NCBI GenBank assembly: GCA_963821045.1
Contig: CAWGCB010000007.1
Location: forward strand, 191,833-255,832
Direction of reading: 5' to 3'
Length of the DNA: 64,000 bases
Source: an uncultured Actinomycetes bacterium
GTDB lineage: Bacteria; Actinomycetota; Actinomycetes; S36-B12; UBA10799
Below are positions 1 through 9,091 of the stretch, piece after piece. The notes below the pieces were generated by a model. It worked only from the letters and a program-made list of their open reading frames with translations. It did not search any database and had not been told where the DNA came from. A program made the translations under genes and the position numbers. Position 1 is the first letter of the stretch; every line of letters begins with the position of its first letter.

Positions 1-88
1 GCAGGTCGATGTAGAGCAGGTCAGGTTCGCCATCAGCTTGGCGAACGATGTGAGACTGCCAAACCTTCTCGGCGAGTGTCTTTGCCAT
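1..88 (-). CDS. leuC: 3-isopropylmalate dehydratase large subunit, 5' end only (gene runs off the left edge)
   Basis: Reverse complement of 1..88 starts with ATG (86..88) and reads [29 protein letters not shown], the conserved LeuC N-terminus. It is open-ended, so it is absent from the ORF track. Confidence 0.6.
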   Translation of the reverse strand, partial: MAKTLAEKVWQSHIVRQADGEPDLLYIDL

Positions 89-119
89 CACAAACCCTTT
101 CGTATTCGGCAGGGACGAC

Positions 120-917
120 ATGGAATCGGCCGCGCTACCCACCACTGCACTCTACTTGACATCTCACATAGTGAGACATACGTTTCATTACATGGACAAT
201 AGTAGCGCGGTCGGTGTGATCGACAAAGCCGCCCTCGTGTTGGCCGCGCTGGAGCCCGGTCCAATGGGCTTAGCTGACCTGGTTACGGCAACTGGTCTGC
301 CACGACCGACCGCCCACCGCTTGGCTTCGTCTCTCGAGCACCACCGGCTCCTCGCGCGCGACTCCAACGGCCACTACATCTTGGGCCCGTGGATCAGTGA
401 GCTGGCCAGTACCGTCGGCGAAGATCGGCTCGTGGCGGCCGCTCGACCCATCCTCTCCGAACTGCGCGAGCAGACCGGAGAGAGCGCACAGCTATACCGC
501 CGCATCGCCGATGTTCGCGTTTGCGTTGCAGCTGCTGAGCGACCAGCTGGATTGCGGGACACGGTGCCCGTCGGCAGCCGACTCACTATGACGGCGGGGT
601 CCGCCGCGCAGGTGTTCTTGGCCTTCGACGAACGTGGCTCTGGTCAGGCGCACACTGCTGCCAACAGATTCTCGGCGAGCACACTGGCTGCTGTTCGCAA
701 GCGCGGCTGGGCCCAAAGTGTCGGAGAGCGAGAACCCGGCGTTGCCAGTGTCTCCGCGCCAGTGCGAGGGCCCGGTGGGCAGGTCATTGCCGCATTGAGC
801 GTCAGTGGCCCGATAGAGCGACTCACCCGGACTCGCGGACGCGAATACGCGCGCCTAGTTGTTGCGAGCGCGGATCAACTCGCGCGAACGGTCCGCCTGC
901 CAACCGTGCCGAGCTGA
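120..917 (+). CDS. IclR-family transcriptional regulator, divergent from leuC
   Basis: 265-aa ORF with an N-terminal winged HTH ([32 protein letters not shown]) and an IclR effector domain ([11 protein letters not shown]). The in-frame ATG at 192 is an alternative start. Confidence 0.8.
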   Translation: MESAALPTTALYLTSHIVRHTFHYMDNSSAVGVIDKAALVLAALEPGPMGLADLVTATGLPRPTAHRLASSLEHHRLLARDSNGHYILGPWISELASTVGEDRLVAAARPILSELREQTGESAQLYRRIADVRVCVAAAERPAGLRDTVPVGSRLTMTAGSAAQVFLAFDERGSGQAHTAANRFSASTLAAVRKRGWAQSVGEREPGVASVSAPVRGPGGQVIAALSVSGPIERLTRTRGREYARLVVASADQLARTVRLPTVPS

Positions 918-938
918 CGGCAATTCCAGCCAACGCAC

Positions 939-1712
939 TTAGCGCGCGGAGTACATCTCCCACACCAGGATCTCGGCGCCGTCCGACCCAGAGGTCAACA
1001 GGCAACCTCCAAGGTCGCGCAGACGCCCACTATCGCCAGTCTCCAACACAACGACCTGCGCACCAACATCCACCGTTGCGCTACCGCGGGCGACGAACAC
1101 GTGCAGGAAGGGCGCATCAGGCAACTCGATCACGTCACCTGCTGCCATGCGCGCCACCTGCAACCCCGCACCCGGTTGAGCGATCCGGATAGCTGGGGTG
1201 TCTTTGTGGCGAGGCAGACCGCTTGCCACGGGCACGAGTCCACCAGCGGCTAGCTCGTCGTTCACATCTCGTTGCTGGTAGCTCGGTCCGATGCCAATCT
1301 GATCTGGGCGCACCCACATCTGCACGAAGTGCACCGGCTCGTCATGCTCGTTCGCACCGGTCAACTGCCAGGAATCGTTTTTCTCCGAATGCAGGATTCC
1401 GGTCCCGGCGCTCATTCGCTGGGCGAGACCTGGATAGATGACCCCGTTATTGCCGTGTGAATCTTGATGCACAAGCGACCCAGACAGCACCCAAGTAACA
1501 ATCTCCATATCTCTATGGGGGTGGGTATCGAAACCGGTTCCCGGCGCCACGACATCGTCGTTGTTCACCAGTAGCAGCCCGAAGTTCGTATTGGCGGGAT
1601 CGTAGTGATGGCCGAACGAGAAACTATGTCTCGATTGCAGCCACGACATATCCGTCGCGAAGCGCTCGCCCGCCCGTTGAACAGTGCTGTTTGAAGGATG
1701 GATGGAAACCAT
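939..1712 (-). CDS. pirin-family cupin protein
   Basis: 257-aa ORF with pirin motifs (SFSFGHHYDP, FDTHPHRDMEIVTWVLSGSLVHQDSHGN). Confidence 0.8.
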   Translation of the reverse strand: MVSIHPSNSTVQRAGERFATDMSWLQSRHSFSFGHHYDPANTNFGLLLVNNDDVVAPGTGFDTHPHRDMEIVTWVLSGSLVHQDSHGNNGVIYPGLAQRMSAGTGILHSEKNDSWQLTGANEHDEPVHFVQMWVRPDQIGIGPSYQQRDVNDELAAGGLVPVASGLPRHKDTPAIRIAQPGAGLQVARMAAGDVIELPDAPFLHVFVARGSATVDVGAQVVVLETGDSGRLRDLGGCLLTSGSDGAEILVWEMYSAR

Positions 1713-1715
1713 CCA

Positions 1716-3278
1716 CTAATGATCCACCAAGGTCGTCTCTTCACTGCGCTTAGGCAGCATCTTGTACGCCACGATCGCTCCGATGGCGCAGATGCCGGCC
1801 GCAACCAGGCAGGTCACCGCGAACGCATCAGTGAAGGCGATCCGACTCGCCGCCAACATCTGATCGGCCACGGCGGCTGGCAGTCGAGTCATCACATCCA
1901 CTGTTGTACTCAGCGAATCACCGACAGCGGCGGAAGCCTCCGGTGGTAGACCCGGGGGAACTTCGACCACCTTGCGGTACCAGGCGCCAAGCACTGACCC
2001 CAAAATCGCAATACCCAGCGCGGCACCAAGTTCGTAGGCCGTCTCGGACACCGCACCGGCCGCACCCGCTCGCTCCGGTGGAGCCGCCGTCAAAATCGCA
2101 TCAGCGGTTCCAGTCAACGAGGCACCGAACCCGAGTCCAACCAACATCATCGCGACGGTGACGAGTACGAGTCCCTCGAGGTGTAAGACGCCGAGGCCGA
2201 GCAAGCCCAGTGCACCAAGCGAAATGCCCCCAACGATGGTGAACTTGCGCCCAAAACGGTTGATGACCCGAGCGGCGGCCAGCGCGCCGATCAGGGCGGC
2301 GATCTCGGCGGGCAGGAGTTGGAACCCGGCTCGCAGTGGACTCTCCCCATTGACGAGTTGGAACTGCTGAGCCAGAAAGAAGTACACGCCCATCAGGCCA
2401 AAGACACTGATGAGATCAGCAGTAACGGCGCCGCTGAACGCTGGGATCTTGAACAAGCGCATATCGATCAGTGGCGATTCCAGCGTCAACTGTCGACGAA
2501 CGAACCAGGTCAGCGCCACGATGCCCACAACCAAGAAGATGTCGGCCTCGGGGTGGTTGAAACCGCTGATGGCAATCTCTTTGATGCCTGCAATCAGTGA
2601 CAGGATTCCTACCAACGACAACGCGACGCTGATCAGGTCGATCGGCCCTGGATTCGGATTGCGCGATTCCCGTAGCGCCCACACGCCGATACCCATGATG
2701 ACCATGACGATCGGCACGTTGACGAGGAAGACCGACCCCCACCAGAAGTGCTCAAGTAGGAAGCCGCCGATGAGCGGACCGAGCCCCCCACCCGCAGCGG
2801 CAACTGCACTCCACACTGAAATTGCGAACGTGCGCTCCTTGGCGTTGTGGAAGGTGTTGCGCAGCAGGGACAATGTCGAGGGCATCAGCGTCGCCCCTGC
2901 CACACCCAAGAGCGCACGAGAGACAATGAGCGCTTCGGCGCTCGGGGCGAACGCAGCAATCACTGACGCGACCGCGAAGCCAACGAGGCCGATCATTAGT
3001 AGCTTCTTGCGCCCGATCCGATCGCCGATGTTGCCCATAGTGATGAGCAGCCCGGCCAAAACGAAGGAGTAGATGTCCCCGATCCAGAGCAACTCCGTGG
3101 GGGTGGGAGAAAGGTCCTCAGCCAGGCTCGGAATCGCCAGGGCGAGGATCGTGTTGTCCACCGAGACCAGCAAGACCGCCAGGCTCAGGGCGGCTAGTGC
3201 CCACCATCGACGCGGGTCAGCACGCAGCTCGGAGTCTGCGCTCGCTGAGGCTGGCTCGTGGGTCACATCGGACATCAT
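1716..3278 (-). CDS. MFS transporter, DHA2 (EmrB/QacA-like, 14-TMS) family
   Basis: 520-aa hydrophobic ORF with LDNTILALAIPS and GDRIGRKKLL motifs typical of DHA2 exporters. Confidence 0.8.
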   Translation of the reverse strand: MMSDVTHEPASASADSELRADPRRWWALAALSLAVLLVSVDNTILALAIPSLAEDLSPTPTELLWIGDIYSFVLAGLLITMGNIGDRIGRKKLLMIGLVGFAVASVIAAFAPSAEALIVSRALLGVAGATLMPSTLSLLRNTFHNAKERTFAISVWSAVAAAGGGLGPLIGGFLLEHFWWGSVFLVNVPIVMVIMGIGVWALRESRNPNPGPIDLISVALSLVGILSLIAGIKEIAISGFNHPEADIFLVVGIVALTWFVRRQLTLESPLIDMRLFKIPAFSGAVTADLISVFGLMGVYFFLAQQFQLVNGESPLRAGFQLLPAEIAALIGALAAARVINRFGRKFTIVGGISLGALGLLGLGVLHLEGLVLVTVAMMLVGLGFGASLTGTADAILTAAPPERAGAAGAVSETAYELGAALGIAILGSVLGAWYRKVVEVPPGLPPEASAAVGDSLSTTVDVMTRLPAAVADQMLAASRIAFTDAFAVTCLVAAGICAIGAIVAYKMLPKRSEETTLVDH

Positions 3279-3322
3279 CTGCCCTCGGGCGTGTCCGTGG
3301 CGCGTTAGTTATCCGCCGTTAG

Positions 3323-3859
3323 TTATCCGACCTCGTGCATCCAGCGCACTGACGCACCCTCGCCGGCGTAGCGGAAGGCTTCGAGTTCTTCGTCCCAGGC
3401 TGATCCGAGCAGATCATGGATCAGCCCGGCGAGGTCGGCTCCACTTGCCCCCTGAGCCAGGGCACTACGAAGACGCTCTTCGTTGACCAGTACATCACCA
3501 TGAGGTCCCATCGCTGCCCGAAAGATGCCAAGTGATGGGGTACACGCGTAGCGCTCGCCCTCGGAATGTGAACCCGGCTCCTGGGTTACCTCAAAGCGCA
3601 GCCCGGGGAACGCTCGCAACTCCGAGGCGAGCTTGGCCGCTGTTCCTGCGGGTGCCTTATAGCCGAGTTCGGCTCGCAAACTGCCGGGAAGGACTGGCTG
3701 GGCAATCCATTCCAGTCTCGACGCAGCCCCTAGGGAACTGGCCAGCGCCCACTCCACATGGGAAATCAGGGCACGCGGACATGAGTGTATGAACACGACA
3801 CCCCTCAGGGGTGCGGTTGGTGGACTCTGTGGGTCCATTGAACGCGTCAAAACAGACAC
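3323..3859 (-). CDS. DUF3145-family protein
   Basis: 178-aa ORF. The N-terminal GVVFIHSCPRALISHVEWAL resembles the conserved start of actinobacterial DUF3145 proteins. Confidence 0.55.
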   Translation of the reverse strand: MSVLTRSMDPQSPPTAPLRGVVFIHSCPRALISHVEWALASSLGAASRLEWIAQPVLPGSLRAELGYKAPAGTAAKLASELRAFPGLRFEVTQEPGSHSEGERYACTPSLGIFRAAMGPHGDVLVNEERLRSALAQGASGADLAGLIHDLLGSAWDEELEAFRYAGEGASVRWMHEVG

Positions 3860-4057
3860 TGCTCATCTCCCTTGCTCGCAGGGTCGCCTTCCCCAGCGTC
3901 CTATGAGCACTTGCAGATAACACGTGTCTTGGGCAAAGCATAACCACGAAGCAACAGCACGGCTAGATCTGCTCACCTAGGGCGTGTCGGGCCACCGTCG
4001 GTAAAACTACGGCCGCTGGCCGCACTATCCGGTCTGGTTGGGGTCATACTCACTAGC

Positions 4058-4742
4058 GTGAACCGCCAACTCGAAATCTGCTGCTACTCAGTCGCGGACG
4101 CAGTCGTCGCTCAGAACGCCGGCGCCGACCGCATCGAACTGTGCGCTGGTCGCCCAGAGGGAGGCACTACTCCTTCGGTCGGCTACCTCGTTCAGGCAGC
4201 TAAGGCGCTATCTATCCCCGTCTTCCCGATGATCCGACCCCGTGGCGGAGACTTCGTCTACGACGAGGCCGAGTTCGCGGCCATGCGTGTCAACGCTCGG
4301 ATGGTTGCTGAACAGGGTTTCAGCGGCGTCGTGTTCGGGATTCTTGACGCAGCGGGTTTCGTCGACGTCGCGCGATGCTCCCAACTGCTCTCCGACATCC
4401 GCGGGATAAACCCGGCAATCGAGGTGACCTTCCACCGAGCCTTCGACGTCGTCACCGACCCTCGACGGTCGTATCGCGTCCTGACCGAACTCGGCTTCGA
4501 CCGCGTTCTGACGTCCGGTCAGGCGCCGACCGCACCGGACGGGATTGACCTGTTGAGCGAGCTAGTCACGACGTACGGCAACGATCCGATCGTCATGCCC
4601 GGCGGGGGCGTGCGCCCCGAGAATGCGGCTCGAATTTCTCGACATCGGCGCACTTGATCTTCACAGCAGCGCCACGGCTGATCCAACCGCCAGAGTCGAT
4701 CCGCAGACCGTGCGAGCACTCGCCGACATTCTCCACGCGTGA
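4058..4742 (+). pseudogene. cutC: copper homeostasis protein CutC, interrupted by a frameshift near 4634
   Basis: The ORF 4058..4657 (LEICCYSVADAVVAQNAGADRIELCAGRPEGGTTPS ... MPGGGVRPENAAR) ends prematurely. The +1 frame from 4635 continues FLDIGALDLHSSATADPTARVDPQTVRALADILHA to a stop at 4740..4742, which is the expected CutC C-terminus. Confidence 0.65.
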
Positions 4743-4800
4743 GCCTTCGGGTCATGTCATGTTGACGAACCGCGGTTGCGACAGGCAATAATGTCGCCCC

Positions 4801-5604
4801 ATGGCATCAAGTAATAGCTCACCGGCTAGGGGTTGGCACCGATTCGTCGCGATTGGCGACTCGTTCACTGAGGGTCTTGAGGACCGCTCCCCCGACGGAC
4901 GCCATCACGGCTGGGCAGATCGTCTAGCCGCCACGATTGCCTGCACTAACCCGGATCTGCAGTACGCGAATCTGGCCGTGCGTGGGCGCAAACTTGACGA
5001 CATCATCGAGCGACAGCTACCGATCGCCATCTCCATGCAACCGGATTTGATCAGCATCGGTGGCGGCGTCAACGATGCACTGCGTCCCCGCTGGGACGTG
5101 GACAGGACTCGTGACGTCCTCGAGACCGGAGTGATTGCAGCGCGAAGTACCGGCGCCGACGTCGTGCTCTTTGCCTTCGGCGACACCTCACGGCGGTCCA
5201 AAACCTTGGGTACCGTCTCGGGTCGCATCAGGCAGTATCGCGATGTGGTTCGCGAGGTTGCCGCTGACCAGGACTGCTACTTGGTGGACTTCTGGGAAGA
5301 ACGGATCTTTGATGATCCACGTTTCTGGGCAGAGGACCGACTACATGTCAACGAACTAGGCCACCAACGAGTTGCCGCGAAAGTGGCAACAACGTTGGGA
5401 CTCGGTGAATTCGACTGGCGCGAGCCGTTGCCCCCGCGTCGTGCTCCGAGTCGACTTGAGATCGCTCGATCAGATCTCGAGTGGACCGGAAAGCACCTAC
5501 TCCCCTGGTTCGCCCGCCACCTGCGCGGCAGAAGCTCCGGTGACGGTATCGATGCCAAGCGCCCCCACTTCGAACCAATCGAACCGGACCTCGCGGTCCG
5601 CTAG
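4801..5604 (+). CDS. SGNH/GDSL-family hydrolase
   Basis: 267-aa ORF with block I GDSFTEG, block III GGGVNDAL and block V DRLH. Confidence 0.75.
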   Translation: MASSNSSPARGWHRFVAIGDSFTEGLEDRSPDGRHHGWADRLAATIACTNPDLQYANLAVRGRKLDDIIERQLPIAISMQPDLISIGGGVNDALRPRWDVDRTRDVLETGVIAARSTGADVVLFAFGDTSRRSKTLGTVSGRIRQYRDVVREVAADQDCYLVDFWEERIFDDPRFWAEDRLHVNELGHQRVAAKVATTLGLGEFDWREPLPPRRAPSRLEIARSDLEWTGKHLLPWFARHLRGRSSGDGIDAKRPHFEPIEPDLAVR

Positions 5605-5636
5605 GTTCTGACGGCGGCGAACAACGAAGCAGCTTC

Positions 5637-6197
5637 CTAGAAGGACACCTGCGGCGGGAGTTCCTGGCCCTCGGGAGCCTTGTAGAAGTCGCGCTTGCTG
5701 ACCTTCGCGAAGCCATTGAACAGCATCCAGGGCAGCGTGGCGATCAGAGTGTTCAGCGTCGCCACAGCGTCGTTGTAGTACTGGCGAGCGAACGAGAGCT
5801 TGTCCTCGGTATCGGTCAACTGGTTCTGCAGTTGCAGGAAGTTCGTCGACGCCTTCAAGTCTGGGTACTGCTCCGCCACGGCCATAACATTGACCAACGA
5901 ACGGTCCAGCGATGCCTCGGCCGCAGCCTTCTCCTCGACTGTTCCACTAGAGGCAGCCTTATTCACCTGGGCCCGCGCCTCAGTGACAGCCTCGAAGACA
6001 CCGGACTCATGTTTTGCGTAGCCCTTGACTGTCTCAACCAGGTTAGGCACTAGGTCGGCACGACGGGTAAGTTGCACGTCGATTCCGCCGAGGGCCTCCT
6101 GTGCTGCGATATCCGCCTGGCGCAACTTGTTGAAGCCGACGACGGCGAAGATCACCAGGACAACAATGATCACGAGAATGATGATCGCGACGATCAC
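5637..6197 (-). CDS. lemA: LemA-family membrane protein
   Basis: 186-aa ORF with an N-terminal TM helix followed by FNKLRQADIAAQEALGGIDVQLTRRADLVPNLVETVKGYAKHE, the typical LemA core. Confidence 0.85.
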   Translation of the reverse strand: MIVAIIILVIIVVLVIFAVVGFNKLRQADIAAQEALGGIDVQLTRRADLVPNLVETVKGYAKHESGVFEAVTEARAQVNKAASSGTVEEKAAAEASLDRSLVNVMAVAEQYPDLKASTNFLQLQNQLTDTEDKLSFARQYYNDAVATLNTLIATLPWMLFNGFAKVSKRDFYKAPEGQELPPQVSF

Positions 6198-6309
6198 TTT
6201 GAACCACTTCCAATCAAGTCGATAGCGTTGAATCTACCCTGCTGGACCGCTGTGTTGGCGCGCGACGTGAGTTGAACTTCAGCGGCGCGATTCGACTGGT
6301 CGTCCCAAC

Positions 6310-8145
6310 TCACCACGAGCCGCCGCCTCCGCCGCCGCCGCCCATTCCTCCACCGCCGCCACCGCCGCCTCCACTTGAGGCTTGTGAGGCTTGGTAACTG
6401 CTAATCGCCGACGAGACTGCCGAGTCAAAACTACCCATACCCGCATTGGAGGAGTACAGGCTCGCGCCAGCCATGTAGCCGTAGGGATACCAGAACGGAT
6501 CCGGCGGATCGGTGTGAGTGTAGGCGCGGTACTTCTGCGCCCACTTGTCAGCGACACCAAACGCAACGGCGTAGGGAATGAAGCTAATGAACAAGTCCTT
6601 GTTCGCGGAGAAGTCAAAGCGATCCTGCGAGGAATCAGTGGCCAAGAGGCGTTCGAATCCGGCCGAACGGGACCAGACCTCACGCCCCGCGGTGGTCCGA
6701 CGCGTGCCAACACCGGTTTTTGTGAAGTTGATTCCAGCGATGGCGAATGCGGCGAACGGAAGTCCGTACATCGTTGCCGGACCAAGAATGAAACCGATTC
6801 CGGCGAAGACTAGGGACACCACCCAGAGCGCGCGACCAATCTGCTCGGGGGCGGATATGACCGTCAGACCGGCCGAGGAAGCCCAGGCCTTGGTTTCCTC
6901 GTCAGCGGAGGTCTTGGCAGCTGCGAGCTTTTTGCCTGCCTCTTTGGTCTTTTTGGCCATGAACGAGCCACCGGTCCGCGTCAGGCTGAGCTTCTTTGCG
7001 ATAGCTCGGCTAACCGGATCTATCGCCTCCCATTGCTCTGGGGTGGCCGTCGAGGTGACCAACCATTGATCATCCGATTGCCGGTCCAGGGTCACCATGC
7101 GCTTGTCAGCCAAGTAGTAGAGCGTCGCAGTTAGCGCGTGACTACCCACCTCCTCGTAGGCCATGTACTTCGTTTGTACTGGCCCAAGGCCGTCGGGCGG
7201 GGCGTACATGACCGGGAAGCCTGGTGGCTTCTCGTGAGCAGTCCGAGCCCACAGGAAGCCGACGATCGCTCCAACCACTGTGAGTAGTGCAATGAAGAAC
7301 GTCATCGGCACACTGCGCCCGAGGATCGCGTCGAACGATACGGACCACGGCAACGTGACCTGCGGCGGATTGGTCGGCTGCATCGTGGCGCGCACTGTCA
7401 TACCACTGGTCGGCGGAATGTTTGTGGCCGACAGTGTGAGCTTCTGCGTACCCGCACCGGCTACGTCACAGGTCCCGAAACCTGCCGCCCGGTTCGCTCC
7501 GCCCGAGGTAGTTCCGGCGGCGCATTGGACTTGCCCGCTCGCGTGCGGCAGGTTGACGGTGATAGTCGCCTGCTGAATCGGCATGCGCCAGCCAGGAGCG
7601 ACGACGTTCCAGAAGAAGGTTGACTGTGAGTCCGGTGCGACGCTCCCCTGTGCGGAGGGGAAGGTGAAGTTCTGGCCGGCGGAAACCGGCGAGATGACAC
7701 CGTCGGTGGTGTAACGAATGGTGTAGGTGTGCAGACCGGTACTGAGATACACGTCGGGGTTGCCAATCTTGGCGACGTAGTACCTCTTGCCGCCCTCCCA
7801 ATATGTCTCGTAGTCCTCGGCAAAACCATCTCTGACTACTGAGGTCACTTCTGGGTAGTAGCGAACATTGGGGTTCGTGGGATCGGCAACATCCCAGAAC
7901 TGAAAGATCCCGCGCCGTGGAATGGGGAAGTTGACGGTGATGACTTCGGTCGCGGTCATTGCACCGTCATCGTCAATGTTGTACTCGGCGGTGTAGTTGG
8001 TGATGGTGGTCGGTTCCGTTGCCGATGAGTCCCCTGAACTCGTGGCGAGGGGATAGAACAGTCCGATCGCCGTGAGCACGAGCAGGCCCAGGAGTATGGC
8101 AACACGCTTAGCTGACAAGACTGACCCCTTGCGTCGGTACCGCAT
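6310..8145 (-). CDS. DUF2207-like membrane protein with a poly-Gly C-terminal tail
   Basis: 611-aa ORF with an N-terminal TM or signal segment, a large extracytoplasmic domain, a central TM cluster and the tail GGGGGGGGMGGGGGGGGSW. It lies immediately upstream of lemA, the usual DUF2207-LemA pairing. Confidence 0.7.
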   Translation of the reverse strand: MRYRRKGSVLSAKRVAILLGLLVLTAIGLFYPLATSSGDSSATEPTTITNYTAEYNIDDDGAMTATEVITVNFPIPRRGIFQFWDVADPTNPNVRYYPEVTSVVRDGFAEDYETYWEGGKRYYVAKIGNPDVYLSTGLHTYTIRYTTDGVISPVSAGQNFTFPSAQGSVAPDSQSTFFWNVVAPGWRMPIQQATITVNLPHASGQVQCAAGTTSGGANRAAGFGTCDVAGAGTQKLTLSATNIPPTSGMTVRATMQPTNPPQVTLPWSVSFDAILGRSVPMTFFIALLTVVGAIVGFLWARTAHEKPPGFPVMYAPPDGLGPVQTKYMAYEEVGSHALTATLYYLADKRMVTLDRQSDDQWLVTSTATPEQWEAIDPVSRAIAKKLSLTRTGGSFMAKKTKEAGKKLAAAKTSADEETKAWASSAGLTVISAPEQIGRALWVVSLVFAGIGFILGPATMYGLPFAAFAIAGINFTKTGVGTRRTTAGREVWSRSAGFERLLATDSSQDRFDFSANKDLFISFIPYAVAFGVADKWAQKYRAYTHTDPPDPFWYPYGYMAGASLYSSNAGMGSFDSAVSSAISSYQASQASSGGGGGGGGGMGGGGGGGGSW

Positions 8146-8160
8146 GACCCTGACGGACTT

Positions 8161-8201
8161 GGTGGACGGACCCTGGTGGACGGACCCTCGTTAGCGGACC
8201 C
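8161..8201. repeat. tandem direct repeat, 14-mer GGTGGACGGACCCT x2 plus a degenerate third copy
   Basis: 8161..8174 and 8175..8188 are identical. They are followed by CGTTAGCGGACCC and preceded by the related GACCCTGACGGAC. The repeat lies in the divergent intergenic region between DUF2207 and imuA'. Confidence 0.85.
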
Positions 8202-8303
8202 GAACTGAGTGACTCTGACTCTAGTTTGGTGCCTTTCGTGCCGTGAGCGCCAGATGGACGGTTGTGTCGCAGTTAAGACTTTGACCCAAAAGACCTATTC
8301 ACT

Positions 8304-8319
8304 TCGAACGCATGTTCGA
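8304..8319. promoter_or_regulatory. LexA operator (actinobacterial SOS box TCGAAC-N4-GTTCGA)
   Basis: TCGAACGCATGTTCGA is a perfect palindromic match to the actinobacterial LexA consensus. It sits directly in front of the imuA'-imuB-dnaE2 cassette and overlaps its first ATG. Confidence 0.8.
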
Positions 8320-9091
8320 TAAGGTGTGGGCTATGGCCCTTCCACTTAAAGACGGCTCAAGTCTACCTAGCAGCGGACTGCCGTTAACCCCAGAGCTATC
8401 TACGCTCGTACCAGGGGGCTATCTACGCCCTGGTGGATCGGTTGGAATCACCGGCAACGTTGGCCGTACCTCTCTATTACTGCAGCTACTAGCGGGGCCG
8501 ATGGCGAAGGGGTGTTGGACTGCCGCTATCGGACTTCCAGAACTTGGCGCTCAGGCTGCGGCAGAGAATGGCATCACCCTCAACCGCCTTGCTCTCATCC
8601 CTGACCCTGGCGATCAGTGGCTCGATGTCACTGCTGCGCTCTTGGATTCTGTCGAACTCGTGGTCTTGAATCCACCACGGCGGTGTAAACCAACCCAAGC
8701 ACGTCGACTACTCGCCCGGGCACGCCAACGACGAAGCGTCCTGATACTCGTTGATGGATTTGGCGGTCAATCGGCAATCGGACTATCCGGCACGCGCAAC
8801 GTGAGCCATTCAAACTGGCCCGAACTGCCCGATCTGATATTTGAGGCTAAGGGCCACCGTTGGTACGGAGTCTCAGATGGCCATGGCGCCTTGCGCTCCC
8901 AACGAATCTCCGTATCGGCACACGGCCGACGACTCGGCGGAGTCCCACGTCAGACCGAACTGACTACCAGTGATCCTCAACCCAGTAGTCCTCAAACCAG
9001 TAGTCCCACAAAACCAGTCAATGCAAGCGAACCAGTCAATGCAAGCGAACTACTGGTGGAACAACTACATCTACATGCGCAGGCGAGTTAA
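8312..9091 (+). CDS. imuA': ImuA'-like SOS mutasome accessory protein (RecA-fold, no P-loop)
   Basis: The call rests on position immediately upstream of, and abutting, imuB-dnaE2 behind a LexA box. The ORF is 259 aa. The ATG at 8312 lies inside the operator, so the in-frame ATG at 8333 (MALPLKDG...) is the more plausible start. Confidence 0.65.
   Translation: MFDKVWAMALPLKDGSSLPSSGLPLTPELSTLVPGGYLRPGGSVGITGNVGRTSLLLQLLAGPMAKGCWTAAIGLPELGAQAAAENGITLNRLALIPDPGDQWLDVTAALLDSVELVVLNPPRRCKPTQARRLLARARQRRSVLILVDGFGGQSAIGLSGTRNVSHSNWPELPDLIFEAKGHRWYGVSDGHGALRSQRISVSAHGRRLGGVPRQTELTTSDPQPSSPQTSSPTKPVNASEPVNASELLVEQLHLHAQAS
8975..9049 (+). repeat. in-frame tandem repeats in the imuA' 3' end (15-mer x2, then 18-mer x2)
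   Basis: CCTCAACCCAGTAGT / CCTCAAACCAGTAGT occupy 8975..9004 (PQPSS/PQTSS). CCAGTCAATGCAAGCGAA x2 occupies 9014..9049 (PVNASE PVNASE). Confidence 0.9.
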
